Shown piece after piece: positions 1 through 8,982 of a DNA stretch of 64,000 nt; within the stretch, counting starts at the first letter, position 1; each line of letters begins with the position of its first letter. Under the pieces are notes generated by a model. It ran no database searches and was not told the origin of the DNA. It was given only the letters and a program-made list of their open reading frames with translations. Both the position numbers and the translations under genes were made by a program. This DNA comes from an uncultured candidate division Zixibacteria bacterium (GTDB lineage: Bacteria; Zixibacteria; MSB-5A5; GN15; PGXB01): contig OY969724.1 in assembly GCA_963702205.1 (NCBI GenBank), positions 1,056,001 to 1,120,000 on the forward strand, read 5' to 3'.

Positions 1-2112
1 GACGGGATTTGAGGATTTGATCAGGCGTAGTTCAACACGCAGCTGCTCGAAGCCATTCTGCTTCACAAAGTCGTCGATCTCGCGTTGAATTCCCGACTGC
101 AGATTTGCCCGTACAGAGTCCTCGAGATTGGGGTGGTGTGCGTGGAGGACTACTATCTGAGCGCCATTGTCCCTTGCCAACAAACGTGCTTGATAGAGAG
201 CCGAAGCAGTTTGGGTTGGATCGGCGATAGGGACGAGTATCTTGTCAAACGGAGGTACTCCGTTTTGCTGAAGGATAAGAGTATCACAATTCACCTCAGT
301 CAGAATGCGATCGATATTGGATCCGACCGCGGTCTGGCGAGCTCGGCTTCGGCCGCGCCAACCCATTATGAGAAGATTAACACCTTGTTCAGTTACGGAT
401 TCGGCAATCGCCTGTGCCGCCCGGTGTGACACCCGTATCAGGACATTCACCGGGACACCCTGGCCCTCAATGATCCGCACCGCCTCCTTTATCAGATCGC
501 GGCTCTTTTCGATATAGCGGCTTCCGGCCGATACCGGCAGCTGATCGGGAACGACAACGACATGAAGCAGGATGACAAGACCATTCTGCTTTCTTGCGGC
601 GCTAATGGCAGGGGGCAGCAGAATTGGCAGAGACGAAGGGTTGGCTAACGGTACGAGTATTTTGAAGCGTGGTTCGTCTGCATCGTGCACGGCTTCCTCC
701 CGTACAACCACCTTTGATTGTTTCTTCTGATAGGAGCGGGGTTTGGCATACCAATGATACAGAAGGGAACCGGCGCCAATCCAGGCCACGCTGAAATACC
801 AGGCGATCGGCGAGTAGTCGAACATGAAGACCGCCAGAAAGAGTTTCGTGATGATGCCGATGATCGGTACAATCGGGAAGAACGGCATGAGGTAGCCGTA
901 TTTGAGACGATCACCATACTTACGACGGATGACGATTACGGCGATATTCACCTGCAAAAACAGAAGCAGAAACATGATGTCCGCCGCCGCCGCCACATCT
1001 TGTATCGGGATGACTACGGCCATGAAAATGATCAGGGCACCGCTGAACAATAAAGCCTTGTGCGGGGTGCGTCGGCGCGGGTGGATGTGAGCAAAGGCAT
1101 CCGGCAAATTCTTATCTCGGCCCATGGCGAACGAGACTCTGGTAGACGAATAGGTCGTGGCGTTAAGGGCGCTCATCGTTGAAAGAATGCCACCGATGAG
1201 AAGCAATACCGTTCCAAACGGCATGAATTGCCGGGCCGCTTCCGCGATACCCAGCTCCGCGTGAATGCCCAGCCATTCAAATGTCGGTATATTGGCATCG
1301 GGGGTCACAGCCCCGATTGAAACAAAGGCCACCAGAATATAGATTGGCACCACGATTGCAAGAGAAAGAAAGACCGCCCTGGGGATGTTCTTGCGCGGTG
1401 ATTTCACTTCCTCACCTGACTGGGCAATTATCTCGTACCCCTCAAACGCGATGAAGGTCAGCCCCATGGCGGTGAGTATGCCGCCAAATCCTTTCGGGGT
1501 AAAATTCTGAAACTTGTTCAGGTAATGCGGGTGTTCAATGATGGCCCAGATTCCGGCACCCACGAATATCAGAAGCACCACGACCTTGAGGATTGTCACG
1601 ATGTTTCCGGCCAAACCGGTTTCGGAAGCGCCTCGGAAGTTGATGTACAAGAAAGCCAGAATGATCAGCACCGCCAGAGCTTTATGAACCAATTCTCCTT
1701 CAAGTCCGAAAATCGAAACATGGAACTCGGACAACACGAGAGCGACATAGGCCCCGAAACCGAGCGCATAGAGACTCCCGGCAACGGCGTGCGCGAACCA
1801 ACTCATCCATCCGGCCAGAAACGAATTAGGGCCGGGCAGACCCTCTCTCACCCAGAGATATCCACCCCCGGCTTCAGGGATAGCCGAACCGAGTTCGGCA
1901 TATACCATCGCCGTGAAGATGGTGACGATGCCATTGAGCGCAAAGGACAGGATTAGGGCCGGACCGGCGACACCGGCAGCAATACCGGTCAGGACGAAGA
2001 TCCCGGCTCCGATCATTGCCCCAACTCCGATCAGGGTGATATCAACAAGCCGGAGATCCCTGCTTAGGGTAATACCCGTCGTCCTGTCTTGTTCAGCGGA
2101 AGTGTCGGTCAA
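1..2112 (-). CDS. APC-family amino acid permease with C-terminal universal-stress-protein-like region (3' end runs off the window)
   Basis: Absent from the ORF track because no stop is reached. Manual translation from TTG at 2112 (AGGAGG RBS upstream) gives MTDTSAEQDRTTGITLSRDLRLVDITLIGVGAMIGAGIFVLTGIAAGVAGPA...YAELGSAIPEAGGGY, the APC TM1 G-x-G motif and AGG-Y loop. The same frame is read at position 1 with a soluble C-terminal region. Confidence 0.88.
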   Translation of the reverse strand, partial: MTDTSAEQDRTTGITLSRDLRLVDITLIGVGAMIGAGIFVLTGIAAGVAGPALILSFALNGIVTIFTAMVYAELGSAIPEAGGGYLWVREGLPGPNSFLAGWMSWFAHAVAGSLYALGFGAYVALVLSEFHVSIFGLEGELVHKALAVLIILAFLYINFRGASETGLAGNIVTILKVVVLLIFVGAGIWAIIEHPHYLNKFQNFTPKGFGGILTAMGLTFIAFEGYEIIAQSGEEVKSPRKNIPRAVFLSLAIVVPIYILVAFVSIGAVTPDANIPTFEWLGIHAELGIAEAARQFMPFGTVLLLIGGILSTMSALNATTYSSTRVSFAMGRDKNLPDAFAHIHPRRRTPHKALLFSGALIIFMAVVIPIQDVAAAADIMFLLLFLQVNIAVIVIRRKYGDRLKYGYLMPFFPIVPIIGIITKLFLAVFMFDYSPIAWYFSVAWIGAGSLLYHWYAKPRSYQKKQSKVVVREEAVHDADEPRFKILVPLANPSSLPILLPPAISAARKQNGLVILLHVVVVPDQLPVSAGSRYIEKSRDLIKEAVRIIEGQGVPVNVLIRVSHRAAQAIAESVTEQGVNLLIMGWRGRSRARQTAVGSNIDRILTEVNCDTLILQQNGVPPFDKILVPIADPTQTASALYQARLLARDNGAQIVVLHAHHPNLEDSVRANLQSGIQREIDDFVKQNGFEQLRVELRLIKSSNPV

Positions 2113-2127
2113 GCTGGCCTCCTTTCC

Positions 2128-3960
2128 CTACTCAATCACGGGGAGGGTAAATGTAAAGTCACTACCTTTGCCGGGAGTCGATTCTACCCAGATTGCTCCG
2201 CCGTGGGCCCGTACGATTTCCTTGCAGATTGCCAGCCCCAGGCCCGATCCACCCGACTCCTGACCGGCAACTTGTACGAGCTTTTCGAATATCCTCGACT
2301 GGTACTCCGGAGGTACGCCCGGACCGTCGTCATGGACTGTAATGTGGATGTGCTTACCGACTTGCCGTGCCGATATCGAGACATGGCCTTCCTTTTCCGT
2401 GTACCTCAGGGCATTCGAGATAAGATTGGTCAATACCCACGTGATCTTGTTGGCGTCCGCGCGAACATCGGGAAGAGTGCCCACGGGCTCGGATTTCAGG
2501 GTAACTCCCTTCATTTCGGCCTGGCTTTGAAACACTGTCCTCACATGTTCAAAGAGCGACGGGACTTGAACGCCTTCGAATTCGAGTTGAATCCGACCGG
2601 CTTCAATCCTGGACAGGTCCAATAGATCGTTGACAAGGGCTTTCATCCGATGGACCTCTTCGTGGGCCGCTTTGAGAAGCTCGCGATCTCGTTCGGCCAG
2701 TCCGGAGGCGGCATTCTCCTGAAGCAGATCAACGCTCATACTTAAGCTGGTAAGGGGCGTGCGGAGTTCGTGCGAAGCTGCCATTATGAACTCACTCTTG
2801 AGCCGTTCCACTTCTCGCAAGCGAGTAACATCCCGCAGCAGCAGCACAATGCCGGATAAACTCCGGTCGCGTCCTCTGATGGATGTAATGGAGAACAGGT
2901 AGTGCCGCGAGCCCTCGCTTCGGGGAAACGACAGTATCCGCTGCTCGGCCGGGATGTCAGGCTGTTCGCCGGTTTGAATCGTCTGGCGAATGAGTTCGCA
3001 AATATGCGTCTTGGGAAAAATGTCGGCGCATTGCCAATCGCCAGATTGCACCGAATCCAAATCCAGGAGGCGTTTGGCTCCTGGGTTTATGCTCGTTATT
3101 TTCAATTCAGTGTCAAATACGATTACGCCATCGTCGATACTGGTAAGAATTGCGTCGGCTTTGTTCTTCTCGGCGATGATCTGGTCGATATTCATTTTGT
3201 GATACCGATCCAGCTTGGTGGCCATCTGATTGAATTCACCGGCCAGACGACCTAATTCGTCGCGCGTTTCGACCGGTACTTCAACCGAGTAATTGCCCTC
3301 TGATATCTGCCGGGACGCCTCCATGAATCGCCGGATCGGTCCAACGACGCGTTCGGCCAGTATGAGACTGAAAATCAGAGCAAGAATGAGAGCGGAAGCC
3401 GCGACCAGTGAGGTTGACCAAATGGCTCGGTCCGCCACGTCGCGAGCGCGCACACTGGCGGTATACATCGTCTCCTCGTTGAATTGCCGCAGTCGGACGC
3501 AGAGTTCACGCACACCTGCAAACAGCGGGTACACGGACCGTTGATATAACGTATCAGGGAGAGTAGCGGTAAGCGCTCCATGCTCATCATTCATCAGAGA
3601 GAAACGGTTTCGATAGATGGAGTAGGCAGTGTCGATTGAGTCAATCAGTTCGGCTTCACCTTTGATGGTAATGTTATCCCTGGCCCGGGCAAACCACTGA
3701 AGAAACAGGGCCTCGTTATCGCCGAACTGCTTCGCACCGGTTTGCCTGTCGCCCATCAGAAACAACAGGACACCGCTATCCTGCCGCTCCAGGGCATCGA
3801 CCATGTTCTCGGCGGCGAGGATGCTTCGATAGTTTTCGCTCAGAATCGCTTCGCTTGCCTTACCTAATGACACCAGATTAGTGACCGCCCATACGATCAC
3901 CAGACTCATCAGGGCGAACGCCACACCATAGCCGATCAGTATTTTCTTTTTAATTGTCAT
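2128..3960 (-). CDS. Sensor histidine kinase (2 TM, HAMP, PAS, HisKA, HATPase), KinB-like
   Basis: H-box ASHELRTPLTS, N-box NLISNALRY, G-boxes DDGPG and GSGLGLAICK, HAMP 'RDELGRLAGEFNQM'. Confidence 0.93.
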   Translation of the reverse strand: MTIKKKILIGYGVAFALMSLVIVWAVTNLVSLGKASEAILSENYRSILAAENMVDALERQDSGVLLFLMGDRQTGAKQFGDNEALFLQWFARARDNITIKGEAELIDSIDTAYSIYRNRFSLMNDEHGALTATLPDTLYQRSVYPLFAGVRELCVRLRQFNEETMYTASVRARDVADRAIWSTSLVAASALILALIFSLILAERVVGPIRRFMEASRQISEGNYSVEVPVETRDELGRLAGEFNQMATKLDRYHKMNIDQIIAEKNKADAILTSIDDGVIVFDTELKITSINPGAKRLLDLDSVQSGDWQCADIFPKTHICELIRQTIQTGEQPDIPAEQRILSFPRSEGSRHYLFSITSIRGRDRSLSGIVLLLRDVTRLREVERLKSEFIMAASHELRTPLTSLSMSVDLLQENAASGLAERDRELLKAAHEEVHRMKALVNDLLDLSRIEAGRIQLEFEGVQVPSLFEHVRTVFQSQAEMKGVTLKSEPVGTLPDVRADANKITWVLTNLISNALRYTEKEGHVSISARQVGKHIHITVHDDGPGVPPEYQSRIFEKLVQVAGQESGGSGLGLAICKEIVRAHGGAIWVESTPGKGSDFTFTLPVIE

Positions 3961-4009
3961 TTTGACACATCCTCCGTGCGGTCAGCCGCACGCGTAGCAC
4001 TGTATGTTA

Positions 4010-4025
4010 TGCAATCATCGTGCCA
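4010..4025 (-). promoter_or_regulatory. Sigma-54 (-24/-12) promoter for the kinase-permease operon
   Basis: Minus strand TGGCAC-GATGA-TTGCA matches the TGGCAC-N5-TTGC consensus, about 50 nt upstream of the kinase ATG and next to a sigma-54 activator gene. Confidence 0.85.
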
Positions 4026-4106
4026 TGCTACGGCACGTAGCAGCAACGACTTACGACGGGATATCGATACGGAGCATTGAAATCTGAAAGATAGAGCCAA
4101 AACGGA

Positions 4107-4123
4107 CCTTGCGAAATGCAAGG
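4107..4123. promoter_or_regulatory. Candidate enhancer (UAS) for the sigma-54 activator
   Basis: Perfect inverted repeat CCTTGC-GAAAT-GCAAGG about 80-100 bp upstream of the -24 box. Confidence 0.55.
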
Positions 4124-4145
4124 CGCATGAGACAGGCCGATTGAT

Positions 4146-5501
4146 TCAGATGCCGTAGGTTTTTCTCCTTCGCCAGAGCGTCGCCTGGTCCATCCCAAGG
4201 ATATCCGCTGCTTCCTGAAGAGAGGAGGTGCTGGCCATGACTCTTCTGATGTGCAGTTCTTCAATCGCGGAAAGAGGGATTGGATCGCCAATCTTCGGAT
4301 CAGTATGTGACGGCGTGAAATGCCGCGGCAGATCGAGTCTTCCGATTCTTTCGCCACTCCCGAGTATGACCGCCCGTTCGATCGCATTGCTCAGTTCCCT
4401 GATGTTCCCCGGCCAATTGTGACGGGCCAGCGTTTCCTCAACATCTTCCGTGAAACCAAGCATAGTCTTATGATTGGTCCGACTGAAATATGTCAGGAAC
4501 TCCATGGCTAACGGCATGATATCTTCTGTTCGTTCTCTTAGCGGTGGTATCACGACATTGATCACGTTGAGCCGATAGAATAAATCCTGTCGAAAATGAC
4601 CTTTGGCTACCGACATCTCAAGATCGGCATTGGTAGCCGCGAGTATGCGAACATCGGCCTGTTTTGTTATGGATTCGCCCAGACGCTCATACTCTTTATC
4701 CTGAATGAACCGGAGGAGTTTGACCTGAAGCGATGGTGCCAGATCACCGATTTCATCAAGGAAAAGGGTTCCCCCCTCACATGCCGCAATCCGTCCCGGA
4801 TTGTCCCTGGTTGCCCCGGTAAATGCACCTTGTACATGACCAAACAACTCGCTTTCGAGAAGCTCGGCCGGTACCGCCGGGCAGGATACTACGGCCATTG
4901 GCTTTCCCGCTCTATTACTCCAGGTGTGAATGGCTCTGGCAAGAACTGATTTCCCGGTGCCGTTCTCGCCCTGGAGCAGTATTATGGCTTCAGATTGCGC
5001 GGCAGTCCTTGCGGTCTCAAAGACTCTCTGCATGGAAGCGTTATTGCTCTGCAGGCGGACCTCAGGTCGCATTCGGCGAATATCATCTCGTAAGCCACTG
5101 ACCTCGGCCTCGAGTTCCCGGATTCGGGCAATACGCTTTGCCATCAGTCGGACCTGATCCGGCGTAAATGGTTTGGCAATGTAATCAATTGCCCCGCGCT
5201 TCATGGCTTCCACGGCGCTTTCAATTGAAGCATGGGCGGTAATGACAACGATTTTCATCCACGGAGAATCGGATAGCAGCTCAGGAATCAATTCCAGGCC
5301 GTCGGCGTTACCCAGCTTGAGGTCAACAAAGGCCAGATCGAAAGATCGCTTTTTGGCTTCATCAGTAGCATCCGCAAAATTGCTTACCGCTATTACCGTG
5401 TGTCCTTCTATGGCCAGGCAGTAGGACAAAGTCTTCCGGATATTGGCTTCATCGTCGACGACAAGAACCAATATCGGATGCTGGTTATTCGATTCTGTCA
5501 C
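4146..5501 (-). CDS. Sigma-54-dependent response regulator (NtrC/AlgB-like: REC, AAA+, Fis-HTH)
   Basis: REC domain (VVDDE, DLKL), Walker A GENGTGKS, GAFTGA loop, FLDEIG, WPGNIREL, C-terminal HTH 'AADILGMDQATLWRR'. Confidence 0.95.
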   Translation of the reverse strand: MTESNNQHPILVLVVDDEANIRKTLSYCLAIEGHTVIAVSNFADATDEAKKRSFDLAFVDLKLGNADGLELIPELLSDSPWMKIVVITAHASIESAVEAMKRGAIDYIAKPFTPDQVRLMAKRIARIRELEAEVSGLRDDIRRMRPEVRLQSNNASMQRVFETARTAAQSEAIILLQGENGTGKSVLARAIHTWSNRAGKPMAVVSCPAVPAELLESELFGHVQGAFTGATRDNPGRIAACEGGTLFLDEIGDLAPSLQVKLLRFIQDKEYERLGESITKQADVRILAATNADLEMSVAKGHFRQDLFYRLNVINVVIPPLRERTEDIMPLAMEFLTYFSRTNHKTMLGFTEDVEETLARHNWPGNIRELSNAIERAVILGSGERIGRLDLPRHFTPSHTDPKIGDPIPLSAIEELHIRRVMASTSSLQEAADILGMDQATLWRRRKTYGI

Positions 5502-5504
5502 GAC

Positions 5505-5723
5505 CTATTTATCTCCAGTCTTCTTCTCGTTTTTCTGAGAGAGAAGCTCTATTTGCTTAATTGCCAGCGGAGAAGGAACACTCCTGCCACTCTCCCATCG
5601 ATTGACTGTTGAGAAAGTCACACCGACGGCAGCAGCGAACTGTTCCTGGGTGAGCCCGAGTTTCTTCCGCAATCGTCTGATTCTTCCGGGCAAGTCACTT
5701 CCTGCAAAAGCTGACTGAGTCAT
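5505..5723 (-). CDS. XRE-family helix-turn-helix transcriptional regulator
   Basis: IRRLRKKLGLTQEQFAAAVGVTFSTVNRWESGRSVPS. Start placed at ATG 5723, which has a GGAG RBS. Confidence 0.88.
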   Translation of the reverse strand: MTQSAFAGSDLPGRIRRLRKKLGLTQEQFAAAVGVTFSTVNRWESGRSVPSPLAIKQIELLSQKNEKKTGDK

Positions 5724-5763
5724 TACGAGATCTCTCCGTTTATCATAGTGGCAACCGCTCTTG

Positions 5764-5779
5764 TATCGCACTTGCTATA
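5764..5779. promoter_or_regulatory. Candidate operator of the XRE regulator
   Basis: Near-perfect palindrome TATCGCA-CT-TGCTATA about 40 nt upstream of the XRE start. Confidence 0.4.
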
Positions 5780-5977
5780 TGAAAATATATAGTTCAGGTA
5801 ATCGAAGTCAAGGCCAGTATCTGCCCCGGAGGAATCGCTACTGACCGTCGCTTTTGGTGCTTAAGTAAGAATCAACCAGGGACTAGCAACTTGAGCTGGC
5901 TTGAAAGGCAAAAAGTATGGTGAGAGTGATATTGGATTTCTTGATGATTGTAAACTATTGTGCAACAACAGAATGAT

Positions 5978-6034
5978 AAAAAGCGGGGGCTACAAGACGA
6001 GTTCCGCAACTGGGTAATCGAAAATGCGGCATGA
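5978..6034 (+). mobile_element. Putative att site: degenerate tRNA-Asp 3' end fused to a recombinase-tail-like peptide (KRGLQDEFRNWVIENAA*)
   Basis: AAAAAGCGGGGgctACaAGAC (5978-5998) aligns with AAAAAGCGGGGttgACgAGAC at the tRNA-Asp 3' end (15316-15336). Confidence 0.5.
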
Positions 6035-6149
6035 AACTGGATAAGTGTCCTCTTAACTTCATTATATCGTCTGTCTATTTCTTCCCTATTTAAAATTATC
6101 CAGACTCTGATGCCGGTTGGCCAGGATTTGACGAATCTAATTTCGTATT

Positions 6150-6165
6150 TTCATCTGGATTTCAT
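6150..6165 (+). promoter_or_regulatory. OmpR-type direct-repeat box TTCAT-N6-TTCAT
   Basis: 11-bp-period repeat upstream of the response regulator; the same box occurs at 8345-8360. Confidence 0.55.
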
Positions 6166-6205
6166 ATTAAAGAACGTTATTATGTTTAAAATAATGAGAT
6201 AAAAT

Positions 6206-6904
6206 ATGCGCGTCCTGATAATAGAAGATGACCGGAGGGTTGCGGAATCGATAGCCAAAAACCTTCGGACCGAAAGTTTTGCCGTAGACATCGCTCGCGA
6301 CGGCGAGTCCGGCGAGGAAATGGCCAAAATCAATGACTATGATGTCATCGTGCTCGATCTCATGTTGCCCGAACAGGATGGCTGGAAAACGTGCGCCAAT
6401 CTCCGCAAAGCCGATGTTCTTACGCCAATTCTGATGCTGACCGCGCTTGACGACGTTTCCGACAAAATTCGCGGCCTCGATTCGGGCGCCGACGATTATC
6501 TGACCAAGCCGTTTCATTTTGGCGAGCTTCTGGCTCGTATCCGGTCACTCATCCGACGCCATTCGACCGTGCGCAATACGAACATCGAAAACTTTGGTCT
6601 AAAACTCGACCTTAATACTCATAAGGCCTTTCGTGATGATCACGAGATAAATTTGACGGCCAAAGAATTCGCATTGCTCGAATTATTCATGCTGCATCCG
6701 GGACGGATTCTATCGCGGCAGGAAATATCCGAACACTTGTGGGACATGAACTTCGACCCCAAAAGCAACGTCATCGAATCTTTCATAAGATTTTTAAGAA
6801 AAAAAATAGACCACGGATTCGATCGGCCGTTAATCCATACCATGCGGGGAGCCGGATACATGTTTTCGGACACCGACCCCCACGCACCGGTTGATGAAAA
6901 ATGA
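6206..6904 (+). CDS. OmpR/PhoB-family response regulator (CusR/CzcR-like)
   Basis: REC (IIEDD, LDLMLP, GADDYLTKPF) plus winged helix (LTAKEFALL, IHTMRGAGY). Confidence 0.95.
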   Translation: MRVLIIEDDRRVAESIAKNLRTESFAVDIARDGESGEEMAKINDYDVIVLDLMLPEQDGWKTCANLRKADVLTPILMLTALDDVSDKIRGLDSGADDYLTKPFHFGELLARIRSLIRRHSTVRNTNIENFGLKLDLNTHKAFRDDHEINLTAKEFALLELFMLHPGRILSRQEISEHLWDMNFDPKSNVIESFIRFLRKKIDHGFDRPLIHTMRGAGYMFSDTDPHAPVDEK

Positions 6905-8295
6905 CCATACGTACCAAAATAATTTTAGCCAATATTATTGTTTTCGGGATTATTCTCTTTGCCGTCGCGGTAGTGGTTTATAACCGGACGCTTGAATCCG
7001 AGACGGCCCGGATCGATTCGCGGCTCGATACCTTCGCGGTCGGTTTTATTACCGAATTCGAGGACGAGTGGGAAAACAATGAATTTCCCGACAGCGATGA
7101 AATGGATTTGATCGGAACCGACCACCAATCCGATATTCGCATCCAACTGCTCGATAATACGGGAAAAGTCCTGTTTCAGCGCGGGGAGCTTCCATCGCTT
7201 CCTGCCTCGATAGTCAGATTTGTCTCAAACAATTCGAACCTATGGCAGAACATAATAATAGGCCATGAGCCTTTCCGTCGTTTCGCGCGACCGGTCGAAA
7301 TAGAAGATCACGATAATTTCGTCCTCGTATTGGCGGCATCCACCGAAGAGATGGAAGATCGCCTGGAAAGTCTCACGCTCGTCTTGATATTCAGCCTTGC
7401 CGGTGCCCTTCTGCTTTCGGTGCTGGCCGTATATTTTATCACGGGTCGGGCTTTCCGGCCGCTTATTCGTATGGTCGAGACCGCCGAAACGATTTCCGCA
7501 TCTACGTTGCACCGTCGTCTCGATGAACCTTCCACCCGCGATGAAGTCGGCCGCCTGACCAGCGCCTTCAACGACATGATGCGGCGCATAGAGGCTGCCT
7601 TTAAAAGTCAACGGCAATTTGTCGCCGACGCTTCCCACGAACTTCGCACGCCGCTGACCATCGTAATCGGCGAATTGGAATTTCTTAAACGTCAAATCGA
7701 CGACGGCCAACTCAACGATAGCATTAATACCGTGCTGCACGAGATGGACCGTCTGACACACTTAATACAGGAATTGCTGCTGCTGGCGCGCATCGACGCG
7801 CAAAAACTCCCCATCGACAAAAAAACTGTCAGGCTCGATGAAATTCTGGCCGAATGCATCCGGCTTCAACTGCCATCAGCTGCCGCAAGGAACGTGCAAA
7901 TCGACCTCCATATCGACGATGCGATCGAAATTTACGGAGACACCGAATACATCAGACGAGCCTTTATAAATATCATAGATAATGCCGTCAAATATTCCCC
8001 CGACGGGGGAAAAGTGGCAGTGGCGCTTCGTTCCGAGGAAGAAAACGGTATCGTTACCATTGATGATCAGGGACCGGGAATTGATCCTTCCGATATCGAA
8101 CTGGTCTTTAAGCGATTTTATCGCTCACCAAAAGCCCGGCAGATGCACGATGGCAGCGGGTTGGGTTTGGCCATTGCCAAAGAACTGATCGAGGCGCACG
8201 GCGGCAAAATCGAACTTGCTGGCGCTGAAAGCGTCGGCACGAGAGTCATAATTCGCCTTCCCTTCGGCGGACCGACCGATTCCATTTCAGACTAA
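6901..8295 (+). CDS. HAMP sensor histidine kinase (CusS/heavy-metal-sensor-like)
   Basis: 2 TM, HAMP, FVADASHELRTPL, NAVKYS, DQGPGI, GSGLGLAIAK; overlaps the regulator stop. Confidence 0.94.
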   Translation: MTIRTKIILANIIVFGIILFAVAVVVYNRTLESETARIDSRLDTFAVGFITEFEDEWENNEFPDSDEMDLIGTDHQSDIRIQLLDNTGKVLFQRGELPSLPASIVRFVSNNSNLWQNIIIGHEPFRRFARPVEIEDHDNFVLVLAASTEEMEDRLESLTLVLIFSLAGALLLSVLAVYFITGRAFRPLIRMVETAETISASTLHRRLDEPSTRDEVGRLTSAFNDMMRRIEAAFKSQRQFVADASHELRTPLTIVIGELEFLKRQIDDGQLNDSINTVLHEMDRLTHLIQELLLLARIDAQKLPIDKKTVRLDEILAECIRLQLPSAAARNVQIDLHIDDAIEIYGDTEYIRRAFINIIDNAVKYSPDGGKVAVALRSEEENGIVTIDDQGPGIDPSDIELVFKRFYRSPKARQMHDGSGLGLAIAKELIEAHGGKIELAGAESVGTRVIIRLPFGGPTDSISD

Positions 8296-8344
8296 TCCAC
8301 AATTCCGCACTAAATTTCCGGGATACGAAAAAAAGTCGTCCATT

Positions 8345-8360
8345 TTCATTTCTGTTTCAT
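8345..8360 (+). promoter_or_regulatory. OmpR-type direct-repeat box TTCAT-N6-TTCAT
   Basis: Second copy of the 11-bp-period repeat, upstream of the PepSY-TolC-RND operon. Confidence 0.55.
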
Positions 8361-8442
8361 GTTTGCTCTTTATTCTCAGGTCGAGCCTGACCCACAAATT
8401 GGGCTTGGCAAGAAAGAAGGAACCTAAACAAAAGGAACTGCC

Positions 8443-8982
8443 ATGAAAAAGATTTGGACCAATCTGATGGTTGCGGCGGCATTGACGGCCCTGTTGTGGG
8501 GTGCCGCCATTGTGCCGACCCGGGCCGATGAGTCGGCCAAAAAGCCCGAAATTTCGGCCCCCGAAGCCGTTCTGACCGCCTTTCACAAGGCCTACCCTGC
8601 CGCCGTAATCGGTGATATTTCTAAAGAAACGAAGGGCGATCAGACTTATTTTGAAATCGAAAGCGTCGACGGAAAAACACGTCGCGATCTTTTATATTTC
8701 CCCGACGGCAAAGTTTTCGAAATCGAAGAAGCTATCGCGGTCAAAGACCTGCCTAACAGCATAACCAAAACGATTAAAGACAAATACCCCGACGGCGAAA
8801 TACACAAAGCCGAGAAGATTACTCGCGGAGGCATCGCTGAGTACGAAGTCCTGGTGGAAAACGGTGAGAACAATCTGGAAATCCTTCTCGACTCCAAAGG
8901 TGTAATTAAATCGCAGGCTTCGACTTCTGACGATGACGAAAAGACCGAAAGCGGCGAAAGCGGTGAAGCCGACGAAGATTAA
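8443..8982 (+). CDS. Secreted PepSY-like (BLIP-like) domain protein
   Basis: Signal peptide, two 'P-x-A/S-V/I...F/I-xx-x-YP...YEV/FEI' repeats, acidic tail. Confidence 0.75.
   Translation: MKKIWTNLMVAAALTALLWGAAIVPTRADESAKKPEISAPEAVLTAFHKAYPAAVIGDISKETKGDQTYFEIESVDGKTRRDLLYFPDGKVFEIEEAIAVKDLPNSITKTIKDKYPDGEIHKAEKITRGGIAEYEVLVENGENNLEILLDSKGVIKSQASTSDDDEKTESGESGEADED

Noticed and set aside
85..2625. Plus-strand track ORFs over 1-2600
   Set aside because: Antisense shadows of the permease and kinase; the real gene is the untracked minus-strand frame from 2112.
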